This document shows, piece by piece, positions 38,102-47,661 of a stretch of DNA of 64,000 nucleotides. Position 1 is the stretch's first letter; each line of letters starts with the position of its first letter. The notes beneath the pieces are model-generated. The model had not been told where the DNA came from. It ran no database searches and saw only the letters and a program-made list of their open reading frames with translations. Source of the DNA: an uncultured Thermoplasmata archaeon (lineage in GTDB: Archaea > Thermoplasmatota > Thermoplasmata > SG8-5); contig CAYHBA010000005.1 of assembly GCA_964354755.1 (NCBI GenBank), positions 13,014 to 77,013 on the forward strand, written 5' to 3'. The translations under genes and the position numbers were made by a program.

Positions 38102-39190
38102 ATGACAATAAAAACTCCATTTTACGACAAACATGCAAAGCTCGGCGGTCACGTTGTGGATTTTCACGGATGGTTCCTGTCAATGATGTTCTCAGGCATA
38201 CCGGACGAGCACATGGTAGTCCGCGAAAGCGTCGGAATGTTCGACGTCTCCCACATGGGCAATTTCACCATCAAGGGAAAGGGGGCAACAGACTTCCTGA
38301 ACGAAACGCTGACGAACAGGTTCGATAATGTCAAATTGTTCCAGTGTAGGTACTGCCACATACTGCAGGATGACGGGAAGATAATAGACGACAACATCGT
38401 TTCCAAGATAGGGGACGAGGATTATTTCTGTGTGCCCAATGCCACCATGATAAAGACCGATTTCGATTGGTACACCAAGCACGCTCCCAAGACCGTGAAG
38501 ATCGAAAACCTCTCTGACAAGTACGGCATTCTTGCCCTTCAGGGTCCGAAGGCGAAACTGGTCATGCAGAAGGTGACGGACTTCGATGTCTCATCTGTGA
38601 AATTCTTCTTCTGCGGTATGATGAGGATTAAAGGTCTGGACCACGACACTCTCGTCTGGCGCACTGGATACACTGGAGAGGACGGCTTCGAGATAATGGT
38701 GCCGCAGAAGGACGCTTCCCATATCTGGGATGCGGTGTACGAAGCGGGCAAAGAGTTCGGGATAAAACCCATCGGGCTCGGGGCGAGGGACACTCTCAGG
38801 CTCGAGAAGGGTTTATTGCTCTCCGGCCAGGACTTCAATTACGACCGAACTACGGTTGAAACATACCAGAGCGGCCAGTTCGCACTGAACATGAATCACG
38901 ATTTTCGCGGGAAGAAGGTGCTTGAGCAGCAGCTTGCAAAGGACGATTACTGGCGCATTATCGGCATAGACATCGGAAAGGGCGGAATACCCAGAACCGG
39001 CTACGAGGTCGTCCACTCCGGCAAGGTCATCTCCAAGGTTACCTCCGGGACATTCGTGCCAACCACGAAGAGGGGGATCGCCATGGCCTACCTGCCGCCA
39101 GAGCTTGCGAAACCTGGTGTCGAGCTCTCGATACGCATTAGGGGAAAGGACATACCCGGGAAGGTCTTCAGTTTCCGCGACAAAGCCTAA
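38102..39190 (+). CDS. gcvT: Glycine cleavage system aminomethyltransferase T
   Basis: FDVSHMG, LALQGP, RTGYTGEDGFE, GLGARDTLRLEKG. Confidence 0.95.
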   Translation: MTIKTPFYDKHAKLGGHVVDFHGWFLSMMFSGIPDEHMVVRESVGMFDVSHMGNFTIKGKGATDFLNETLTNRFDNVKLFQCRYCHILQDDGKIIDDNIVSKIGDEDYFCVPNATMIKTDFDWYTKHAPKTVKIENLSDKYGILALQGPKAKLVMQKVTDFDVSSVKFFFCGMMRIKGLDHDTLVWRTGYTGEDGFEIMVPQKDASHIWDAVYEAGKEFGIKPIGLGARDTLRLEKGLLLSGQDFNYDRTTVETYQSGQFALNMNHDFRGKKVLEQQLAKDDYWRIIGIDIGKGGIPRTGYEVVHSGKVISKVTSGTFVPTTKRGIAMAYLPPELAKPGVELSIRIRGKDIPGKVFSFRDKA

Positions 39191-39332
39191 TTCTGGGAAG
39201 GAAAATGTTGCTCGGACAATTCTCCACGGTCAAATCACATTTTCCCGGCCAATACAGCCTTTGACTTTTTCATATTCTATTAAATAGTCTTATTCTAATC
39301 ACCCCCCGCCTACATGGCAGGGTTGATATTGC

Positions 39333-39584
39333 ATGGAAATAATGTCCCTGATCAACATCGCTTTGTTATTGTCGACCGCAATACTGTTTGTGTTGGCCAT
39401 CGAGCTTAAAAAACTTGTGAATGCCTGCATCATGCTGGGTGCGGGAAGCGCAATACTGGCCTGTGTTTTCTTCATAGCCGGGGCACCGTTCGCAGCGGCG
39501 TTCGAGCTCGTGGTCGGCGCGGGCCTGGTGACTGTCCTCTTTATAAGCGCCATAAGCCTGACTAAGCCCGGGGGTGGTGAGTGA
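39333..39584 (+). CDS. Membrane hydrogenase subunit, NuoJ-N/MbhD-like
   Basis: Three TM helices, APFAAAFELVVGAGL; first gene of the operon. Confidence 0.7.
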   Translation: MEIMSLINIALLLSTAILFVLAIELKKLVNACIMLGAGSAILACVFFIAGAPFAAAFELVVGAGLVTVLFISAISLTKPGGGE

Positions 39585-39823
39585 TGGACCATGCGGGCAA
39601 ACTGGCAGGCGCCCTGTTGGCAGGATTCGTTTTCGTCATGCTCATACTGGTTTTCGGCACGATGATGATGGATGAGGCCGAGGTGCAGGGCGGGGAAGCC
39701 CAGGAAATCGGCTTCCAGCTCTGGGAACTGAGGCCGCTAGAATTGCTGGTGCTGTCAGTCATAATGTTCGGCGCCGTTTTGGGAATCCTGAAGCTCGTCG
39801 GAGGTGAGTTCAGATGGAGCTGA
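39584..39823 (+). CDS. Membrane hydrogenase small subunit, NuoJ-C/MnhB-like
   Basis: IGFQLWELRPLELLVLS...GAVLG; operon position. Confidence 0.6.
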   Translation: MDHAGKLAGALLAGFVFVMLILVFGTMMMDEAEVQGGEAQEIGFQLWELRPLELLVLSVIMFGAVLGILKLVGGEFRWS

Positions 39824-40110
39824 GCGATGTACAGGTCAATATGCTGGCTTCCCTCGTGCTCTTATTCCTGGGTCTTTACTGTGTCATCAGCAAGAAGAAC
39901 CTCATCAAGATAATAGTCGGCATCGAGATAATGGCCAAAGGCGCATTGCTGAGTTTCATAGCGAGCGGCGGGGCGAACATCCAATCCGTGGTCATAATCG
40001 CCATAGGGATAGACGCCATCATCGCTGCTGTGGCCCTATCAATAATAGTGAACGCCTGGAAACACACCAAGAGCTTGGATGTGACCAAACTTACAAAGCT
40101 GAGGGGGTAG
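39814..40110 (+). CDS. NuoK/MnhC-like subunit
   Basis: KKNLIKIIVGIEIM, IAIGIDAIIAAVAL. Confidence 0.85.
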   Translation: MELSDVQVNMLASLVLLFLGLYCVISKKNLIKIIVGIEIMAKGALLSFIASGGANIQSVVIIAIGIDAIIAAVALSIIVNAWKHTKSLDVTKLTKLRG

Positions 40111-40116
40111 ATTCAA

Positions 40117-41934
40117 ATGTTGCTGGATAACGGCTTGCTGCTCGGGCTTGTCGTCCTCATTCCGTTCATTGCCGCGGCTCTCATACCCGTCATCGGAAAG
40201 GCAGCTCCAAGAGCGGTGGCATGGTTCGCTGTTTTGGCCGCCCTGATACTTGCCGGGCTTGTCGCATTGCTCGTCCCGGACATATTCCTGGACAATGTGG
40301 CGCCCATAGGCATGGGCGACGGCATCGAATATAATTGGATACCTGACGCGGGCATTACCTTCGGATTCCACATAGACCCGCTGGCCTTGACGCTGGCCGT
40401 GGTCGCCTCATTCATTGGCATGCTGGCCGTGATATACTCTGTCAAGTACATGGAGGGCAAGAAAGGCCTTCCGAGGTATTACTCGCTGGTCCTTCTGTTC
40501 ATAGGCTCTATGGTTTGCTTGGTTTTCACAAATAATTTACTTGTTCTCTACATATTCTGGGAGATAATAGGGCTGTGCTCCTACGCCCTCATCGGGTTCT
40601 ACAACGAGGACCCGAAGGCCGCGAAAGCCGGAATAAAGGCCTTCGTGTTCACCAGGATAGGCGACATCGGCCTTCTCCTGGGAATTTTCATTCTCTACCT
40701 GGGCGCAGGCACATTCAACATCCAGGACATTATAGCAAGCCCGCCGGCCATGGAATACCTCGGACCCGCAGCATTCCTGTTCATACTCGGCGCCATGGGC
40801 AAATCCGCCCAGGTGCCGCTGCACGTGTGGCTTCCGGATGCGATGGAAGCCCCGACGACCATCAGCGCCCTCATCCACGCCGCGACTCTTGTAAACTCGG
40901 GAATATATATCCTGGCGAGGATGTCGCCCGTGTTCTTCGACATTCCCGGCTGGGGAACAATGCTCCTGTTCATCGGCGGTCTTACGGCGCTGTTGGCTGC
41001 AGTAATGGCCTGCGCGGAGCCGGACCTGAAGAAGCTACTGGCCTATTCGACCATAAGCCAGCTCGGGTACATGGTGTTCGCTCTGGGCATCATTGTGAAC
41101 GAACCGGACATCGGCCTGGTTCAAATCGGCATCCTGGCAGCCACGTTCCACCTGTTCAGCCATGCAATATTCAAGGCGCTCCTTTTCCTGGGCGCCGGCT
41201 CTGTCATACACTCTGTCGGAACCAGGGACATGCGCGGGATGGGCGGTCTCAAGGACACCATGAAAATTACCCATTGGACAATGCTGTTCGGCGCGCTCGC
41301 GCTCGCAGGCATTGTGCCTTTCAGCGGATTCTGGAGCAAGGACCTGATATTCGCAGGCGCTTGGGAAGCCGACATGTGGTTCCCCCTGTTCGTGGTGGTT
41401 CTGACTGCGGTGCTCACTGTCGCTTACTCGCTAAGGATGTACTGGCTCGTGTTCCAGGGCAAGCCGCGCAACAATGCCCGCACCCACGAGTCCCCCGGAG
41501 CCATGACACTGCCCCTGGTCATTCTGGCCGTCGGAGCCATAGCCTCATGGGCACTAATCGGCGTATTCAGCGGAGCGATGCATGCACCAGTCTACGGATT
41601 CGAGGGCGCGGAATCCTATGACATTCCCGGGTTCCTGGAACACACGTTCACCAGCCCCGCGGTTCTGTTGTCGTTCCTGGCCATGGGCCTCGGGCTGCTT
41701 ATATTCCTCGCCCGCAAGAACTACCTGCTCAGGAGGCCGAGGACCTTCATCATGAAGCTGGCCGCCAAGGGCTTTCACTTCGATACATTCTATAACGGAG
41801 TGCTCTGCCGGCTCAGGATAATGGCCAAGGGCCTGAGGCTCACCCAGACCGGAGACGCCAATATGAACGCGGTCGGCATTGCGGCAGCCTTCCTGCTTGC
41901 ATTCATATTCATATTCATCTGGGGGGTGTTCTGA
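40117..41934 (+). CDS. NuoL/MrpA-like antiporter subunit
   Basis: WEIIGLCSYALIGF, KSAQVPLHVWLPDAMEAPT, HAAT, AYSTISQLG, HAIFKALLF. Confidence 0.93.
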   Translation: MLLDNGLLLGLVVLIPFIAAALIPVIGKAAPRAVAWFAVLAALILAGLVALLVPDIFLDNVAPIGMGDGIEYNWIPDAGITFGFHIDPLALTLAVVASFIGMLAVIYSVKYMEGKKGLPRYYSLVLLFIGSMVCLVFTNNLLVLYIFWEIIGLCSYALIGFYNEDPKAAKAGIKAFVFTRIGDIGLLLGIFILYLGAGTFNIQDIIASPPAMEYLGPAAFLFILGAMGKSAQVPLHVWLPDAMEAPTTISALIHAATLVNSGIYILARMSPVFFDIPGWGTMLLFIGGLTALLAAVMACAEPDLKKLLAYSTISQLGYMVFALGIIVNEPDIGLVQIGILAATFHLFSHAIFKALLFLGAGSVIHSVGTRDMRGMGGLKDTMKITHWTMLFGALALAGIVPFSGFWSKDLIFAGAWEADMWFPLFVVVLTAVLTVAYSLRMYWLVFQGKPRNNARTHESPGAMTLPLVILAVGAIASWALIGVFSGAMHAPVYGFEGAESYDIPGFLEHTFTSPAVLLSFLAMGLGLLIFLARKNYLLRRPRTFIMKLAAKGFHFDTFYNGVLCRLRIMAKGLRLTQTGDANMNAVGIAAAFLLAFIFIFIWGVF

Positions 41935-43407
41935 ATGGAAGCAATGATGCCCATTCTGGTTTTGGTGGGCGGTGCATACCTTTCATATGCCGCGCTCAGG
42001 GCAGTCCCGGGCAAGCCGCATATCGGCGGCATCGTGGCCACGATGTTCGCATTGCTCAGCTTCTTCCTGACGCTGTGGATAGGTCTGAAGGTCTGGGACG
42101 GGGAGGTCGTGGAATTCACCTTTGCCTCCAGCACTGTGCAGGCAGACGCCCTTGGCGTATTGCTGGCCCTGGTTGCGACCGGACTGGCCAGCATGGTCTC
42201 CGTATATTCAGTCGGATACATGAAGGACGACAATGGCTTGGAGAGCTATTACCCGCTGCTCCTGCTCATGGTCGCGGGGATAGTGGGCATCGGTTTCTCT
42301 ACAGACTTCTTCATGCTGTTCGTGTTCTTCGAGCTCATGGCTATTTCGTCATATGCACTGGTCACCTTCCACAAGGAGAAGCGCGACGCGGCAGAGGCAG
42401 GCGTGAAATACGTCATACTTAGCGCGATGGGCTCGGCAGTCGCCCTGTTCGGCATATCCCTGATATACGGCCAGACCGGAACCCTGAACATTGCGGCATC
42501 CATGCCCCTTCTCACAGACAATGCCTTCTCGATGATGGCCATAATGATGCTCATTGTCGGCTTCGGAGTGAAAGCCGCGATAGTTCCGCTGCATACCTGG
42601 CTGCCAGACGCGCATTCCGCGGCTCCGTCCGGCATCAGTGCGATACTGTCCGGCATAGTGATACAGGCCGGGTTCATTGCCATGCTCAAGTGCCTGCTGT
42701 CCTTCGGCGGCTCAGGCATATCCATAGGGATATTGCTCATCGGATTTGCCCTCATCACAATGACTCTGGGCAACATGCTGGCCTTCGCCCAGGCCTACAT
42801 CCGGAAAGGCGACCTGAAGCGCGTGCTGGCCTATTCGAGCATAGCTCAGATGGGATACATCATCCTCGGCATCGGGCTTTGGATGCAGTACGGCACCGAG
42901 ATGGGCCTGCAGGGCGGCCTGTTCCACATAATGACCCATGCATTCATGAAGGGCCTGGCCTTCATGTGCGCCGGCCTGATAATCTATAGGCTGGGCACGA
43001 GGCAACTGTCCAAGATGCAGGGCATAGGCCATGTTATGCCTCTCACAGCATTCTGCTTCACGGTCGCGGTGCTGGCGCTTGCCGGCGCGCCTCCGCTCAG
43101 CGGATTCATGAGCGAGTGGATGATATTCAAAGCAGGCGTGGACGCGAGCGCGACCATCGGCATCTGGGGGATACTAATCACCCTTGTAGCCGTTCTGAAC
43201 AGCATCCTGTCAATGGGCTATTACCTGCCCATGGTCAAGACATTCTTCCTGAAGCCCAAAGGGAGCTTTACTAATCTAAGACCTGCTCCGAGGTCCATGA
43301 TGGTGCCGATACTGGTGCTGACGGCAATAACCATAATCCTGGGCATATGGCCGCAGCTCGGCCTCGGGGCGATAACTCCGATACTCCAGCTACTGGGAGG
43401 TGCTTAA
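41935..43407 (+). CDS. NuoM/N/MrpD-like antiporter subunit
   Basis: FFELM, EAGVKY, KAAIVPLHTWLPDAHSAAP, AYSSIAQMG, HAFMKG, PPLSGFMSEW. Confidence 0.92.
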   Translation: MEAMMPILVLVGGAYLSYAALRAVPGKPHIGGIVATMFALLSFFLTLWIGLKVWDGEVVEFTFASSTVQADALGVLLALVATGLASMVSVYSVGYMKDDNGLESYYPLLLLMVAGIVGIGFSTDFFMLFVFFELMAISSYALVTFHKEKRDAAEAGVKYVILSAMGSAVALFGISLIYGQTGTLNIAASMPLLTDNAFSMMAIMMLIVGFGVKAAIVPLHTWLPDAHSAAPSGISAILSGIVIQAGFIAMLKCLLSFGGSGISIGILLIGFALITMTLGNMLAFAQAYIRKGDLKRVLAYSSIAQMGYIILGIGLWMQYGTEMGLQGGLFHIMTHAFMKGLAFMCAGLIIYRLGTRQLSKMQGIGHVMPLTAFCFTVAVLALAGAPPLSGFMSEWMIFKAGVDASATIGIWGILITLVAVLNSILSMGYYLPMVKTFFLKPKGSFTNLRPAPRSMMVPILVLTAITIILGIWPQLGLGAITPILQLLGGA

Positions 43408-43408
43408 T

Positions 43409-43753
43409 ATGGATTTCAGGCTGTTCTTCACGCCGCTTTTCGCCTTCCTGGTGTTCCTTCTGATTGCCTACCTGATATATAGGTTCGGAGGCGCCATAGG
43501 CCCGGCAAGGAAGCGCCAGTCCAGACACAAGCTGAGCACATACGCCTGCGGCGAGGAATTCGAAGGCGGCAAAGTCCAGCAGTCGTTCACGCTGTTCCAT
43601 GTGGCCTTCATATTCACGATTTTCCACATCGCGGCCATGATAATCGCCACGATACCGGACGGGGACAATGCGCTCTACGGGCTGCTGTTCATAAGTGGAC
43701 TTCTGATAGCCGCTGTTGCGTTGGTCACATCGGGAGGTGAGGGCCATGTTTGA
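43409..43753 (+). CDS. NuoA-like subunit
   Basis: TM helix, KLSTYACGE loop, then two TM helices. Confidence 0.75.
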   Translation: MDFRLFFTPLFAFLVFLLIAYLIYRFGGAIGPARKRQSRHKLSTYACGEEFEGGKVQQSFTLFHVAFIFTIFHIAAMIIATIPDGDNALYGLLFISGLLIAAVALVTSGGEGHV

Positions 43754-44177
43754 GAAAGTGGTCAAATGGTCAAGGTACAAGTCCCCCTGGGTGGTACATT
43801 TCAACTCGGGCAGTTGCAACGGATGCGACATCGAGATAATTGCCGCGCTGATGCCGAGGTTCGATGCCGAGAGGTTCGGCGTGCTCCTAAAGGGAACGCC
43901 CAGGCATGGCGACGTCCTGCTCGTAACAGGGCCGGTCTCGGAACAGATGAAGGACCGCCTCATCAAGATATACGAGCAGATGCCTGAACCCAAGTTCGTT
44001 GTCGCATTCGGCGAGTGCGGGTGCAGCGGCGCCGTGTACACTGGCGCATACAATGTCGAGGGCGGTGTGGACAAGGTGATACCCGTTAATGCATACATCC
44101 CGGGCTGCCCCCCCAAGCCCGAGGCGATTCTCGACGGCATAGTGAAACTGCTCACCGCTTTCAAGGAGAGTGAGTGA
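43746..44177 (+). CDS. Group 4 [NiFe]-hydrogenase small subunit (NuoB-like)
   Basis: SGSCNGCDIE, RFDAERFG, FGECG, IPGCPPKP. Confidence 0.93.
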   Translation: MFEKVVKWSRYKSPWVVHFNSGSCNGCDIEIIAALMPRFDAERFGVLLKGTPRHGDVLLVTGPVSEQMKDRLIKIYEQMPEPKFVVAFGECGCSGAVYTGAYNVEGGVDKVIPVNAYIPGCPPKPEAILDGIVKLLTAFKESE

Positions 44178-44178
44178 C

Positions 44179-44634
44179 ATGGCTGACGATTATGTGTCCA
44201 ACCTGACAGCCAGGTTCCGGGGCATTGCCAAAGCCATAACCGAGGACAAGCAGGCGAAGGTCTACATGGAAGTCCCCAGGGAATCGCTGCTGAAGGTCGT
44301 GGAGATACTGAAGAACGAATTTGACGGATACCACATCTCGACGATAACGGTTCTCGACTCGGGTGAAAGGTTCGAACTCCTGTACCACATGCCGATCGGC
44401 CCAAGGCTCCTGAGCCTGAGGGTATTCCTGCCGAAGGGCGACCCGACGATCGATACTCTCACAAGGATACTGCCTGGCGCCATCCTTTACGAGAGGGAGC
44501 TGCACGACATCATGGGCATCCAGGTCAAGAATCACCCTGACATGCGCCGGCTTTTACTTCCGGATTCCTGGGGCGACAAGGGCTACCCGCTTAGGAAGGA
44601 CTGGGCGGATCCAAGGAAGAAGGAGGTGAAGTGA
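44179..44634 (+). CDS. NuoC-like subunit
   Basis: FELLYH, YERELHDIMGI, HPDMRRLLLPDSW, YPLRKD. Confidence 0.9.
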   Translation: MADDYVSNLTARFRGIAKAITEDKQAKVYMEVPRESLLKVVEILKNEFDGYHISTITVLDSGERFELLYHMPIGPRLLSLRVFLPKGDPTIDTLTRILPGAILYERELHDIMGIQVKNHPDMRRLLLPDSWGDKGYPLRKDWADPRKKEVK

Positions 44635-45815
44635 TGACCAAGGTCACTATACCCATAGGCCCCCAGCACCCGGCCCTCAAGGAACCGGAGCGCTTCATGG
44701 TGACCGTGGAGGGAGAGACGATAGTCGACGCAGACGTGCGCATCGGCCATACTCACCGCGGCCTGGAGAAGCTGTTCGAGCAGCGCACCTACCTGCAGAA
44801 CATACACATCACCGAGAGGATATGCGGCATTTGCTCGTTCACGCACAGCACCAATTTCTGCCAGGCCACAGAATATATACTCGGGGCCGAGCCCCCGAGG
44901 CGCGGCCTTTACCTGAGAACCCTGATGAACGAGCTGGAGAGATTGCACAGCCACCTTCTATGGCTGGGCGTCGCTGGGCACGAGATGGGCTTCGACACCC
45001 TGCTCATGTGGTCCTGGGACGACAGGGAGCGCGTGCTCGATTTATTCGAGGACCTCACTGGCAACAGGGTCACGCATGCCTACAATACCGTAGGTGGGGT
45101 AAGGCGCGACATCACCGACGCCCAGGTGCAAAGAGTGCTTCACACCATGGACATACTGGAGGAGCGCACAAAGGCCTACATACAGGTCGGCCTCAACGAG
45201 CAGACAATCCTCAAGAGGACGCAGGGCGTGGGTATTTTAACCACTGCCGATGCGAAGAAGCTATGCGCGGTGGGCCCGAGGCTGAGAGCCTCCAACGTGA
45301 AATACGACGTGAGGAAGAACCATCCCTACGCCGCCTACGGCGAGCTGCCGTTCGAGGTTATCACATCGGACACGCTGGACGTGCACGGCCAGTTGGTCGT
45401 GAGGGCTCTGGAGATAATGGAGACCGTCAAGATGTGCAGATACATGATGCAGAACCTCCCGCCCGGGGAAATCAGGGTAAAGGTTCCGAGGAAGGTCCCG
45501 CCCGGAGAGGCTATCTCCAGAACCGAGGCGCCCAGAGGCGAGGACATACACTACCTCAGGGCGAACGGGACAGACAAACCGGAGCGCCTGAAGGTCAGGG
45601 CTCCCACCATGGCCAACATACTCAACGTGGCCCACACCTTGAAAGGCGCCAACATCGCAGATATTCCACTTATTGTGGCAGGAATCGACCCGTGCATGGG
45701 CTGCATGGACCGCGTACTGATACTTGACAGGGACAAGGAGACGGCCAGCATCATGACTAAGGAGCAGCTGCGCGAGTATTCCATCGCATGGTACGAGAAG
45801 GAGGCGCACAGATGA
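44634..45815 (+). CDS. Group 4 [NiFe]-hydrogenase large subunit
   Basis: GPQHPALKEP, HRGLEK, L1 ERICGICS, EAPRGE, L2 DPCMGCMDR plus a C-terminal extension. Confidence 0.93.
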   Translation: MTKVTIPIGPQHPALKEPERFMVTVEGETIVDADVRIGHTHRGLEKLFEQRTYLQNIHITERICGICSFTHSTNFCQATEYILGAEPPRRGLYLRTLMNELERLHSHLLWLGVAGHEMGFDTLLMWSWDDRERVLDLFEDLTGNRVTHAYNTVGGVRRDITDAQVQRVLHTMDILEERTKAYIQVGLNEQTILKRTQGVGILTTADAKKLCAVGPRLRASNVKYDVRKNHPYAAYGELPFEVITSDTLDVHGQLVVRALEIMETVKMCRYMMQNLPPGEIRVKVPRKVPPGEAISRTEAPRGEDIHYLRANGTDKPERLKVRAPTMANILNVAHTLKGANIADIPLIVAGIDPCMGCMDRVLILDRDKETASIMTKEQLREYSIAWYEKEAHR

Positions 45816-46792
45816 ACGAGATCGAGTCGATAATTTACCTGCTCGTGTTCCCGGGATTCCTGTTCCTCACGAGCTTCGCATTCGCATGCCAGTACATCGA
45901 CAGGAAACTGTACGCAAGGTTCCAGAAGAGGGTCGGCCCCCCGTTCCTGCAGCCAGTCGCGGATTTCATAAAGCTCCTGTCCAAGGAGGACATAGTGCCA
46001 AAGGCCGCAGACAGGACCATGTTCACGGCCGCACCGATAGTCGGCCTGGCGGCTGTTTTAACTGCCTTCATCTTCATACCCGTGCTTGCCCTTCACGCCC
46101 TGATACCGACATTCGAGGGTGACCTGATTATGGTGCTCTACCTGCTGACAATTCCCTCGCTGGCCATTTTCCTGGCAGGATGGTCGTCCGGAAACCCGTT
46201 CGGCCAGATAGGGGCGATGAGGGCAGTCGTCCAGATGCTGAGCTACGAGATACCCTTCTTCCTTGCCCTGCTCGGCCCCGCTCTGGTGGTCGGGAGCTGG
46301 AGCCTTGGTAAAATACTTGATTACCAGCTCGGGGGCATGTGGCTCGTGCTGCTTGCGCCTCTCGGCCTGTTCGTGGCCATAATAACGCTCCAGGGGAAGC
46401 TGGAGCGTTTGCCCTTTGACATTCCGGACGCGGAAACCGAGATAGTGGGCGGGCCCATGGCCGAGTACTCGGGAAGGAGGCTGGCCCTGTTCAGGACCAT
46501 GCTGGACATAGAGATGGTTGTCGGAGCCGCACTGATCGTCACGCTGTTCCTGGGAGGCTACGACCTGATAATCAGTTTCTCAAACCTTCCGTGGTACCTT
46601 CCGTACATGGTCAATGGAGTGATATTCTTCCTCAAGGTCCTGCTTGTTGTGGGGATACTGGCCCTCATCAAGGCCGTGGTGGCCAGGTACAGGATTGACC
46701 AGATGGTGTCCCTGTCCTACAGGTGGATGATTCCGCTGTCGGTCGCGCAGATAATTGTGATAGTGATGCTGAAATTCGGAGGCTGGTTCTGA
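45812..46792 (+). CDS. NuoH-like membrane subunit
   Basis: DRKLYARFQKRVGPP, QPVADFIKL, SYE, PFDIPDAETEI, EYSG. Confidence 0.93.
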   Translation: MNEIESIIYLLVFPGFLFLTSFAFACQYIDRKLYARFQKRVGPPFLQPVADFIKLLSKEDIVPKAADRTMFTAAPIVGLAAVLTAFIFIPVLALHALIPTFEGDLIMVLYLLTIPSLAIFLAGWSSGNPFGQIGAMRAVVQMLSYEIPFFLALLGPALVVGSWSLGKILDYQLGGMWLVLLAPLGLFVAIITLQGKLERLPFDIPDAETEIVGGPMAEYSGRRLALFRTMLDIEMVVGAALIVTLFLGGYDLIISFSNLPWYLPYMVNGVIFFLKVLLVVGILALIKAVVARYRIDQMVSLSYRWMIPLSVAQIIVIVMLKFGGWF

Positions 46793-47133
46793 TGAAGAGG
46801 CCAGGAGTGATGATAAAGGATGCGTTGGGGCGCTTGGGCAAGAAGCCTGTCACATCGAAATACCCGTACGAGAAATCGCCTGCTGAGCCCGGATACCGCG
46901 GCGTGATGCAGTTCCACGTGGACCTGTGCATCAGCTGCGGGATGTGCGCGAAGGACTGCCCGTCCTTCGCCTGCGTGATGGAGACGATAGACGGCAAGAA
47001 GCGGCCCGTCTTCTACCTGGACAGGTGCATGTTCTGCGCCCAGTGCGAGGAGTCCTGCCCCAAGGACGCGATAAAGATGACGCAGGAATACGAGCTTGCC
47101 CATCTGGCCGGAAACCAGCCCATCGTGAAGTAA
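46792..47133 (+). CDS. NuoI-like 2x[4Fe-4S] subunit
   Basis: TSKYP, CISCGMCAKDCP, CMFCAQCEESCP. Confidence 0.92.
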   Translation: MKRPGVMIKDALGRLGKKPVTSKYPYEKSPAEPGYRGVMQFHVDLCISCGMCAKDCPSFACVMETIDGKKRPVFYLDRCMFCAQCEESCPKDAIKMTQEYELAHLAGNQPIVK

Positions 47134-47135
47134 AC

Positions 47136-47606
47136 ATGAGCTTCGCCGAACGCCTGACAAAAGCCCTCGAGGGTGCATCGAAAGTGGTGGTGGTCGGCAT
47201 GGGCAATGAGCTGAACGGCGACGACGGGTTCGGCGTCCATGTCGCGAAAGCACTTGGGAATTACAGGAATGTAATCAGCATCCAAGCTCATACAGTCCCG
47301 GAAAATTTCATCTCCAAAATAGCCTCCGAGAAACCCAGCCATGTGATTTTCATTGATGCTGCAATCCTCGATACTCCCCCCGGAACAATGGAACTCCTTG
47401 AGACTCAGGATCTGGCCAGGGTCAAAATCCTTACCCATCGCATGCCGCTTCCGAAGCTGATTGAGAGGCTGAAGGAGACCCACAAGGCCAAGGTCTTGAT
47501 AGTCGCCATGCAACCGAAGGGGATGGAAGTCGGAACCCCGCTGTCCCCAGAGGCCAGTTCGGCCGCAAGGGAATTGATAAGTCTATTCAGGAAGAACTTC
47601 TCATAA
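47136..47606 (+). CDS. hycI: Hydrogenase maturation endopeptidase
   Basis: GMGNELNGDDGFG, TVPENF, IDAA, THRMPL. Confidence 0.9.
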   Translation: MSFAERLTKALEGASKVVVVGMGNELNGDDGFGVHVAKALGNYRNVISIQAHTVPENFISKIASEKPSHVIFIDAAILDTPPGTMELLETQDLARVKILTHRMPLPKLIERLKETHKAKVLIVAMQPKGMEVGTPLSPEASSAARELISLFRKNFS

Positions 47607-47661
47607 TTGCCCTTTAACTGTATGCTAATGTACAAATAGGCCCATTCCATATGTGAAATAT

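Noticed and set aside
39333..47133. NADH:quinone oxidoreductase (Nuo/Fpo) or Mbx/Mbs
   Set aside because: The large subunit retains both CxxC Ni ligands and a maturation protease is encoded in the operon.
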